From NCBI GenBank assembly GCA_039588275.1, contig JBDHAC010000028.1:1782-65781 (forward strand): DNA of 64,000 nucleotides, read 5' to 3'. Under the pieces are notes generated by a model. It saw only the letters and a program-made list of their open reading frames with translations, was not told the DNA's origin and ran no database searches. The translations under genes and the position numbers were made by a program. How positions within the stretch are numbered: position 1 is the stretch's first letter; every line of letters starts with the position of its first letter. Below are positions 55,086-62,902 of the stretch, in pieces. This DNA comes from Gemmatimonadota bacterium (GTDB lineage: Bacteria > Gemmatimonadota > Gemmatimonadetes > Palauibacterales > Palauibacteraceae).

Positions 55086-55550
55086 GCCGACGGCACCCTC
55101 TCGCGCTCGACGCGGAAGCCGCGCGGCGCCGCACTTCGTCACTCCAACACGATCGCATGCGCCTCGAGGCCGTTCGCGGCGCATCCAGCGCGCGCCTACG
55201 GTCGCTTGCGAGAGGGTGCTCGCCGGCCTCAAGAGGGGAGCGCGCCTACGGTCGTTCGCGAGGGGGCGCTCGCCGGCTCTCTGGAAGGGGAGACGCGTTG
55301 ACGGCCCTTCAGGGCACATCGACTGACGAGAGAGGGGATTACCGACCAGGAGGACTAACGGGGAGGGTGACTGCCGTCTCCTCCTCATCAGGAGAGGGTC
55401 GTGGGGTCTCTCGGGAGCGACCGTAGATGCGCGGTCGACCGGGCCGCATGTCCACCGCGGACGAGGGCAAGGGAGGCGCACCTACGGACCGCCGCGCGCA
55501 GCTTCCGCGTCGCGAGTGAGACGATTCCACGACCCTCTCTCCCTGTCGGG
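55086..55550. repeat. intergenic repeat family, copy B: composite element bounded by inverted L blocks (MITE-like)
   Basis: L block at 55100-55129 (+) and its inverted, diverged counterpart at 55489-55516. Hairpin ATGCGCC(55157-63)/GGCGCAT(55178-84). Two 50-bp tandem R units at 55190-55239 and 55240-55291. An inverted R2-like unit around 55386-55435. No credible ORF. Confidence 0.7.
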
Positions 55551-55620
55551 TTTCGCCTCGCGGTCACCACCTTAGTTTTAGCGACTGGCTCACCTGCACC
55601 CGGCACACCACGGAGGTCGA

Positions 55621-56982
55621 ATGTCCGAGACCGCAGACCGTCTCCCCGAGACGATCCGCGCGATCCAACGCCTGCTCGAGCGCGAGGCCGCGCAGGAGTT
55701 GCTGAAGTTCGTCGAAGACCTCCATCCGAGCGACCTGGCGGACGTCCTCGAGCACATCGAGGGAGAGGAAGCCCGCCTCCGCCTCCTGGAGATCCTGCCG
55801 GCACCGCTCGCCTCGGACACACTCGCCGAGATGGAGGAGGAGGAGCACCCGGCCGAGCTCCTGGCGCAGATGGAGCCGGAGCGGATCGCAGAGCTTGTCG
55901 AGGAGCTCGCGGACGACGATGCCGCGGACCTGATCGGCGAGCTGGAGCCGGAGGAGCAGGAGCGCGTCCTCGACTCGGTCTCCGATCCGGAAGCCGAGGA
56001 GATTCGGGAACTGCTCGAGTACCCGGAGGACTCCGCCGGCGGGATCATGACCCTCGACCTGGTCGCCGTCTCGTCGGAGGCGACCGCGGCGGAGGCCATC
56101 GCAGAGCTGCGTGAGCGCGCTTCGGAGCGCGAGGATTTCTACACGATCTTCGTCGTCGACCCCGACCAACACCTGCGGGGCATCGTGACCCTGCGAAGGC
56201 TGGCTCTCGCGCCTCCCTCCCTCCCGATCCTCGATCTGTTGGAAGAACCCCCGGCGGTCGTGCCCGTGGACATGGATCAGGAGGAGGTCGGCCGCATCCT
56301 CTCCCGCTACAACCTCCCGGCGATCGGCGTGGTCGATCCGCAGGGCCGTCTGGTGGGTCGCGTCACGTTCGACGACGTCATCGATGTGGTCGAGGCGGAG
56401 ACGACGGAGGATATCCTCCGCTTCGCGTCGACGTCGGAAGAGGAGAAGCTCCGGGGTTCGACCACCGACGCGGTCCGCAGCCGTCTGCCGTGGCTCACGA
56501 TCAACTTCGTGACGCTCTCCGCCGCGGCGTTCATCGTATGGCTGTACCGGGAGACGATCGAGCAGGCCGTCATCCTCGCGGTCGTCATGCCGGTGATCGC
56601 CGGATTGGGAGGCAACGCGGGCACGCAGGCCCTGGCCGTTACGATTCGCCGCATCGCGACTACCGACGAGACCCTGGGGGAGCGCTGGCCGGTGGTGGGG
56701 AAGGAGCTGTTGGTCGGGGTGATCAACGGGCTGGCGATCGGAATCATCGCCGCCGCGTTCGGCGTGCTGGTCGGACAGGGCGACCCACGCCTCGGACTCG
56801 TGATCATGATCGCGATGTGGGGCAACCTGATCATCGCATCCACCGGTGGTGCGTTCTTCCCGATCTTGCTCGAGAGCCTGGGGATCGATCCCGCGGTCGC
56901 GTCATCCATCTTCGTCACCACGTTCACGGACCTGTTCGGATTCCTCCTGCTCCTCGCACTCGCGCGAGGGCTCCTGATCTGA
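55621..56982 (+). CDS. mgtE: magnesium transporter MgtE
   Basis: N-domain, tandem CBS domains, C-terminal TM domain with GLGGNAGTQ and the DxxGF-type motif (FTDLFGF). Confidence 0.93.
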   Translation: MSETADRLPETIRAIQRLLEREAAQELLKFVEDLHPSDLADVLEHIEGEEARLRLLEILPAPLASDTLAEMEEEEHPAELLAQMEPERIAELVEELADDDAADLIGELEPEEQERVLDSVSDPEAEEIRELLEYPEDSAGGIMTLDLVAVSSEATAAEAIAELRERASEREDFYTIFVVDPDQHLRGIVTLRRLALAPPSLPILDLLEEPPAVVPVDMDQEEVGRILSRYNLPAIGVVDPQGRLVGRVTFDDVIDVVEAETTEDILRFASTSEEEKLRGSTTDAVRSRLPWLTINFVTLSAAAFIVWLYRETIEQAVILAVVMPVIAGLGGNAGTQALAVTIRRIATTDETLGERWPVVGKELLVGVINGLAIGIIAAAFGVLVGQGDPRLGLVIMIAMWGNLIIASTGGAFFPILLESLGIDPAVASSIFVTTFTDLFGFLLLLALARGLLI

Positions 56983-56995
56983 CGCGGATCGCGCC

Positions 56996-58063
56996 GTGAG
57001 CGGAGCCACCGAGCTGGCAGCGAGGATCATCTCCGCGGAGCCCCGTGCCCTGGCGCGAGGGATCTCGTGGGTGGAGGACGAGGCGACCGGCTTCGAAGCG
57101 CTCCTCGACGCCGTCCATTCCCACGTAGGACGGGCGCGACGGATCGGCATCACGGGACCGCCGGGCGCCGGGAAGTCCACGCTGACCGCCGAGCTGGCAG
57201 GTCTCTACCTGCAAACCGGCCTCACGGTGGGCATCATCGCAGTGGATCCCACCAGCCCGTTCACCGGCGGGGCGCTGCTGGGTGACCGGATCAGAATGTC
57301 GGAGCTGGCGACAACGCCGGGAGTCTTCATCCGTTCGATGGCGTCCCGCGGCTCGCTCGGCGGTCTCGCGACGGCGACGCGCGAAGCAGCGGATCTGATG
57401 GACGCGGCGGGCTTCGACCGCGTGATTCTGGAGACGCTCGGTGTGGGACAATCGGAGCTGGATATCGCGGCCTCCGCCGACACCACGGCGGTGGTGCTGG
57501 TGCCCGAATCGGGCGATGGGATCCAGGCCATGAAGGCGGGCCTGATGGAGGTCGCTGACCTGTTCGTCGTCAACAAGGCGGATCGCCCGGGCGCCGACCG
57601 GCTCGAGAAGGAGATCCGGGTGATGATGTCGATTCGGCGCGGTAACGCCCTCCGGGACATCCCCTCACACCACGGGGCTCGCATCGAGGTGGAGTCCGTC
57701 GAGCCCGCGGAAGGGTGGGAGGCTCCCGTTCTGCAGACCGTCGCCTCGAGCGGCGAAGGGGTCCAGGAGCTGCTGGAAGCGCTCGATCACCACGCCGCCT
57801 GGCTCGCCGGCGAGGGTGAGCTGGATCGCCGCCGCTCCGAGCAGCGGATGCGCCGGGCACGTGACGTGCTCGTGCGCAGGGTCCAGCGCGATGCGGAGAA
57901 GGTGTGGGACGGGGCCCGACCGCAGACCAAAGAGCGGCTGACGACGGACGGAACCTCGCCTTACGCCATAGCCGCGGACCTGCACGAGCGCGTGTTCGCG
58001 GCTCACGACGCGGCGGAGGCTGCGCCCGAAGGCCAGGAACGGCCCGACAAGGAAGAGGTATGA
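56996..58063 (+). CDS. meaB: methylmalonyl-CoA mutase accessory GTPase (MeaB/ArgK)
   Basis: ITGPPGAGKSTL, ETLGVGQSE and VVNKADR G3E-family motifs. Confidence 0.9.
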   Translation: MSGATELAARIISAEPRALARGISWVEDEATGFEALLDAVHSHVGRARRIGITGPPGAGKSTLTAELAGLYLQTGLTVGIIAVDPTSPFTGGALLGDRIRMSELATTPGVFIRSMASRGSLGGLATATREAADLMDAAGFDRVILETLGVGQSELDIAASADTTAVVLVPESGDGIQAMKAGLMEVADLFVVNKADRPGADRLEKEIRVMMSIRRGNALRDIPSHHGARIEVESVEPAEGWEAPVLQTVASSGEGVQELLEALDHHAAWLAGEGELDRRRSEQRMRRARDVLVRRVQRDAEKVWDGARPQTKERLTTDGTSPYAIAADLHERVFAAHDAAEAAPEGQERPDKEEV

Positions 58064-58119
58064 GGACCCCGTGCGCGTCGCGTAGCGGCGACGGATCGCA
58101 CTGAAGGGAGTCATCGCCG

Positions 58120-59832
58120 ATGAGTACAGTGCTGGATGACGGATCGCTCCGAGAGGTGACGGACCGGAGCCGGGGCACGGCGGAGGGACGGCTCGCCGAG
58201 CAGCTCGCCCTGTGGGACGAGGCGTTCGGCTCGAGACGGACCCGCGCGGACGGCAACTTCAGCAGCATCTCGGGCCGCCCCGTGAAGGCCGTCTACACGC
58301 CGCTGGACGTCGCCGACGTCGACTATCTGCGCGATATCGGTCTTCCGGGTGAATACCCGTACACCCGGGGCCCCTACCACAGCATGTACCGGACCCGGCT
58401 GTGGACGATGCGCCTGTTCTCGGGCTTCGCCACCGCCGAGGAGACCAACGAGCGCTACAAATATCTCCTCGAGCACGGACAGACGGGGCTCTCGGTGGCC
58501 TTCGACTTTCCGACGCTGATGGGATACGACTCCGACGACCCCCGCTCCGAGGGAGAGGTGGGGAAGTGCGGCGTGGCGATCACCAGCCTCGCCGACATGG
58601 AGACGCTGTTCGACGGAATCCCGCTCGACGAAGTATCGGTTTCCATGACCATCAACGGGCCGGCCATCATGCTGTACTGCTTCCTGCTGGTCACGGCCGA
58701 GAAGCAGGGGGTGCCGTTCGAAAAGGTCCGCGGGACAATCCAGAACGACATCCTCAAGGAGTACATGGCGCAGCATGCCTGGATCTACCCACCCGAGCCC
58801 GCGCTCAAGATCATCACCGACATCTTCGAGTGGTCGACGGAGCACGCGCCGCTGTTCCACACGGTGTCCATCTCGGGCTATCACATCCGCGAAGCGGGCG
58901 CGACCGCCGTGCAAGAGCTCGCCTACACGCTCAAGAACGGGTTCACGTATGTGGAGAAGGGGATCGAGAGGGGGCTCGATGTGGACGCCTTCGCGCCGCG
59001 GCTCTCCTTCTTCTGGGACGTCCACAACGACTTCTTCGAGGAGATCGCCAAGTTCCGCGCCGGACGTCGGATCTGGGCGCGCCACATGTGCGATGTGTAC
59101 GGGGCGAAGAACCCGCGCAGCCTCCAGCTCAGGACGCACGCCCAGACCGCCGGCGTGTCGCTCACGGCGCAGCAGCCGCAAAACAACATCGTGAGGGTCG
59201 CATACCAGGGGCTCGCCGCCGCCCTGGGCGGCACGCAGTCTCTGCACACGAACGCGATGGACGAGACGCTGGCGCTCCCCACCGCGGAGGCGGCGAAGAT
59301 CGCGCTCCGGACCCAACAGATCCTCGCCTACGAGACGGGAGTCCCGAACACGATCGATCCGCTCGCGGGCTCCTACTACATGGAGACGCTGACCAACGAG
59401 ATGGAATTGGAGGCGGAGGAGATCTTCGCCGAGATCGATGCGATCGGAGGGGTCGTGGCCGGCATCGAGTCGGGCTACTTCCAGGCGCAGATCGCCACCT
59501 CATCGCGCCGGTTCCAGGACGAGGTCGAGCGTCGGGCGCGCACCATCGTGGGCGTCAACCGGTTCGTCGAGTCCGACGAGCCTCCCATCGAGATCCTGAA
59601 GATCGGGGAGGAAGCGGCCGAGAAGCAGGAGCGGCGTCTGGAGGAGCTGCGCGCTCGTCGGGACGAAAAGGCGGTGCAGCGCGCACTGGACGCGCTCGAG
59701 GCGGCGGCACGGAACGACGAGAACGTGATGCCGCCGATGCTGGACGCGGTGCGCGAATACGCGACGCTGGGCGAGATCCGCATCGCCCTGGAGCGCGTGT
59801 ACGAACGCTTCAAGGAGCCGGTCGCCTTCTAA
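58120..59832 (+). CDS. methylmalonyl-CoA (acyl-CoA) mutase, catalytic large subunit without a B12-binding domain
   Basis: PGEYPYTRGPY, FSGFATAEETNERYKYLL, GLSVAFD and FFEEIAKFRAGRRIWA. Ends after the linker helix with no DxHxxG cobalamin domain. Confidence 0.92.
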   Translation: MSTVLDDGSLREVTDRSRGTAEGRLAEQLALWDEAFGSRRTRADGNFSSISGRPVKAVYTPLDVADVDYLRDIGLPGEYPYTRGPYHSMYRTRLWTMRLFSGFATAEETNERYKYLLEHGQTGLSVAFDFPTLMGYDSDDPRSEGEVGKCGVAITSLADMETLFDGIPLDEVSVSMTINGPAIMLYCFLLVTAEKQGVPFEKVRGTIQNDILKEYMAQHAWIYPPEPALKIITDIFEWSTEHAPLFHTVSISGYHIREAGATAVQELAYTLKNGFTYVEKGIERGLDVDAFAPRLSFFWDVHNDFFEEIAKFRAGRRIWARHMCDVYGAKNPRSLQLRTHAQTAGVSLTAQQPQNNIVRVAYQGLAAALGGTQSLHTNAMDETLALPTAEAAKIALRTQQILAYETGVPNTIDPLAGSYYMETLTNEMELEAEEIFAEIDAIGGVVAGIESGYFQAQIATSSRRFQDEVERRARTIVGVNRFVESDEPPIEILKIGEEAAEKQERRLEELRARRDEKAVQRALDALEAAARNDENVMPPMLDAVREYATLGEIRIALERVYERFKEPVAF

Positions 59833-59860
59833 CCGCTGCGCCGCCGGGAAGGGCCGCGGG

Positions 59861-60250
59861 GTTACCCCCCTCGCGACGCGGGAGTCGCGCGGCGCGACTC
59901 CGACGGCCGCTAGGACTGCCCCGTCAACCCTCACCCTGATCTAGCCACCCAGCATCCACCTCTGTCTCGCGTCTTACGTCGCGCACCCCCCCCTTTGAAG
60001 AGAGGAGTCGGCCGGCCGGCTTGAGCGACCGAAGTTGCGCCTCCCCATCAGGAGAGGGTCGCGGTGATCTTTCGTGAAGCGACGGTTCCTCCGGCTCCTC
60101 CCCCCTGAGGCCGGCGAGCGCCCCTCGCGAGCGACCGTAGGCGCGCGCTGGATGCGTGCGAACGGCAACGACGCGCACGCGATCTCGCGTGACCTGACGA
60201 GGTGCTGCGCCGCGCGGCTTCCGCGTCGAGCGCGAGGGGGTGCCGGCGGT
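59861..60250. repeat. intergenic repeat family, copy C: element bounded by inverted L blocks, body in minus orientation
   Basis: L block (+) at 59870-59895 (CTCGCGACGCGGGAGTCGCGCGGCGC) and inverted L block at 60207-60236. Hairpin GCGTGCG(60154-60)/CGCACGC(60174-80). R1 and R2 units on the minus strand at 60040-60150. Confidence 0.7.
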
Positions 60251-60516
60251 CCCTGCCTGCGGGATGGCGTCGTCGCGCGGTCACCGCAACCACCCCATCG
60301 GGTAGTGTTCGACGCCCACGCCCACCCTCTGGGGTGGGTGCAACGACCGCCCACAGGGTCGTGGCGAGAATCGGGCTTTCTGAGCATTAGTGAATCACCT
60401 GAATCCATCGCCGGCGTGTGCGGCTCCGCATCGGTGTGCGGTTCGACCGACCCAAGGCGATCGGCCGCAAGGCGGCTGCTCGCGCACGTCGGCGTCCCAG
60501 CCAGTGAGCTTGCGCT

Positions 60517-60735
60517 ATGCGATCCGTCAATCTGGCCAGCTGGGATCGCCTCCTCCGCATCCTCGTGGGCCTGGGCATGATTAGCATCGGCTGGCTCGCG
60601 CCGAGCGCCGGAGTGTGGAGCGCCGCGCTCAAGGTGCTCGGTTTCTTCCCCCTGATCACAGGCCTCTGGGGTTGGTACCCCGTCTACGCGGTGCTCGAGT
60701 TCAGCAGTCGCAGGATCTGGCCCCGCACGGACTGA
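60517..60735 (+). CDS. DUF2892 (YgaP-like) small membrane protein
   Basis: 72 aa. SWDRLLRILVGLGMISIG...FFPLITGLWGWYPVYAVL matches the two-TM DUF2892 pattern, with Tyr where many members have Cys. Confidence 0.6.
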   Translation: MRSVNLASWDRLLRILVGLGMISIGWLAPSAGVWSAALKVLGFFPLITGLWGWYPVYAVLEFSSRRIWPRTD

Positions 60736-60883
60736 GGAGCAGGCGGCCGCGGGCCGTGTGCGGGCTATATCTGCCGAGCGAATCACTATAGTTTTCTGTT
60801 GATTGACGAGTGCGTCGTCACGAGCCGGGACCCGCCTCCTGAGTGGTGTGGATCCAGGGTCGGTCCGATTGGCTGGAGGGCCA

Positions 60884-62191
60884 GTGTTACCTGCGAGAGC
60901 CAGCCCCGAGCGGATCCTGACGCGTTACCGGTGGTGGTTCGTCGCCACCCTGGTCGTGCTCTTCCTTTTCGTCGAGTTCGGCCGCTATCAGCTATTCCCG
61001 TATCTGGACAGCTGGACCGGGCGGTTGGCCATGGACCTGGTCATTCTCGCCGGCGCGATCTTCTACTTCGGGCTCGTGTTCGATGCCCTCGCGGAGAGCC
61101 AGCACCGCGTCGAACGGACGAACCGCGAGCTCATCGCGCTCCACGAGGGTGTGATCGATATCCATCGGCAGCTCTCGCTCGAGGCGACGCTGCAGCGCGT
61201 GGTCGAGCGCGCCGCGCAGCTCCTCAATGCGCGAACGGCCGCCCTCGCGCTCAGAGACGGGAACGGCGATATCACGAGAATCGTGACGAGGGGCTCGATC
61301 TCGGCCGCCGAGCTGGAGCAGGAGTTGGGGATCTCTCGCGGGAACGGGGATTCGCCGCCGACCGAGCTCGCCGCCGCTCGTCCCGAGGGACTCAGATCGA
61401 TCAGCGTTCCGGTCGAGTGCAAGGGACCGACGTGCGCGGATCTGTACGTCGCTGACAGGGTGACGGGGCGCGAGTTCACCGACCAGTCGAGGGAGCGGCT
61501 CGCGCGATTCGCCACGGCAGTGTCGATCGCGATCGACAACGCGCGCTTGCAGGAGCAGTTGCGCTCGCTCGCCGTCTCGAAGGAGCGCGTGCGAATCGGG
61601 GGAGAGCTACACGACGGGATGGCGCAGATACTCGCGTATGTGAACACCAAGGCACAGGCCGTGCGCGGCTACCTGGAGAGGGGCCACTCGGAGCAAGCGC
61701 TAGGGCAGCTCGAGCAGCTCGCCACGGCCTCCCGCACGGCCTACACGGATGCGAGAGAAGCGATACTGGCCCTGCGCACGGAGTTGGGGCCCAGACGTCC
61801 ACTGGACGAAGCCCTGTCGGAGTTCGTCGAGAGCTGGGAGGAGCAGAGCGGCATTCGGACGCAGTTGACCATCGAGGACCGCCCGAGCCTCGAGCCGATC
61901 GCCGAGCTCCAGCTTCTGCGGATCATCCAGGAGGCACTCTCCAACGCCCGTAAGCACTCCGGAGCGGAGAGCGTCAGAGTCGGCATGCGTCGGGTGGCGG
62001 ATCGCCTGCAGGTCACCGTGGCAGACGATGGATCGGGCTTCGACCCCTACGCTCTCCAGCGCAGCGACTTTCCGCGCTTCGGGCTCGCGATCATGCGCGA
62101 GCGGGCCGAGAGCGTGGGTGGCTCCATGACGGTCTATTCGCGGCCCGGCGCCGGGACCCGGGTCATCGTCCACGTTCCTCTGGAAGCCTGA
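60884..62191 (+). CDS. GAF-domain sensor histidine kinase (HisKA_3 / NarX-type)
   Basis: ORF 60803..62191. GTG 60884 follows GGAGGG and precedes the TM segment WWFVATLVVLFLFV. GAF region; H-box ELHDGMAQILAY; HATPase VADDGSGFD...FGLAIMRERA. Confidence 0.85.
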   Translation: MLPARASPERILTRYRWWFVATLVVLFLFVEFGRYQLFPYLDSWTGRLAMDLVILAGAIFYFGLVFDALAESQHRVERTNRELIALHEGVIDIHRQLSLEATLQRVVERAAQLLNARTAALALRDGNGDITRIVTRGSISAAELEQELGISRGNGDSPPTELAAARPEGLRSISVPVECKGPTCADLYVADRVTGREFTDQSRERLARFATAVSIAIDNARLQEQLRSLAVSKERVRIGGELHDGMAQILAYVNTKAQAVRGYLERGHSEQALGQLEQLATASRTAYTDAREAILALRTELGPRRPLDEALSEFVESWEEQSGIRTQLTIEDRPSLEPIAELQLLRIIQEALSNARKHSGAESVRVGMRRVADRLQVTVADDGSGFDPYALQRSDFPRFGLAIMRERAESVGGSMTVYSRPGAGTRVIVHVPLEA

Positions 62192-62206
62192 GGGCCAGGA
62201 GCGAAC

Positions 62207-62866
62207 ATGCGCATTCTCATTGCCGACGATCACGCGCTCTTCCGGGATGGGCTCAGGAGCCTGCTAGAATCGCACGATATGGAGGTGGTCGGCGAGGCGA
62301 GCAACGGCCGTGAAGCCGTCGCCCTGACGTGGGCGCTGAAGCCCGACATGGTCCTCATGGATCTGCTCATGCCGGAGATGGACGGGCTCGAGGCGACGAA
62401 ACGCCTCACCGCCGAGCTTCCGGACGTGAAGGTCCTCATCCTCACGGCCGCCGATGACGACGGGAAGCTGTTCGAGGCCATCCGGTCGGGGGCGAAAGGC
62501 TACCTGTTGAAAGACCTCGAGTCGCAGGACTTCTTCACGCTCCTGGACGGTGTGGCGCGTGGCGAGCCGGCGCTGACCCCGGCGGTCGCCCGCAAGCTGT
62601 TGGACGAGTTCGCGAAGCCTCCGCAGGAGCCGAAGGAGCCATCAGATCCGCTCGGGCTAACCGAGCGGGAACGCGATGTGCTGGAGCAGCTCGTCCAGGG
62701 GACGACGTCGAACCGCGAGCTGGCCGAGACCCTGGGCGTCACCGAGAACACGGTGAAGTTCCACATGCGAAACATCCTCGACAAGCTGCACCTGCACAGC
62801 CGTGCCGAAGTCGTCGCGTATGCGCTCCGGCACCGCCTGGTCAGCGCCGAGCCCGACGACGAGTAG
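62207..62866 (+). CDS. NarL/FixJ-family response regulator (REC + LuxR HTH)
   Basis: MRILIADDH...MDLLMPEMDG. C-terminal LTERERDVLEQLVQGTTSNRELAETLGVTENTVKFHMRNI. Confidence 0.92.
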   Translation: MRILIADDHALFRDGLRSLLESHDMEVVGEASNGREAVALTWALKPDMVLMDLLMPEMDGLEATKRLTAELPDVKVLILTAADDDGKLFEAIRSGAKGYLLKDLESQDFFTLLDGVARGEPALTPAVARKLLDEFAKPPQEPKEPSDPLGLTERERDVLEQLVQGTTSNRELAETLGVTENTVKFHMRNILDKLHLHSRAEVVAYALRHRLVSAEPDDE

Positions 62867-62902
62867 CCTCACCGGTCGCCTACACCTCCCCACGGACTGA
62901 GC

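Noticed and set aside
55190-55291. Tandem 50-bp units considered as a mini CRISPR array
   Set aside because: There are only two directly abutting units with no spacers, and no cas genes. The units are part of the dispersed repeat family.
55380-55620. Possible M-box (Mg2+) riboswitch upstream of mgtE
   Set aside because: The region is explained by the inverted half of repeat copy B. The AGGTGAG-like string occurs only on the wrong strand, and none of the other M-box conserved segments were seen.
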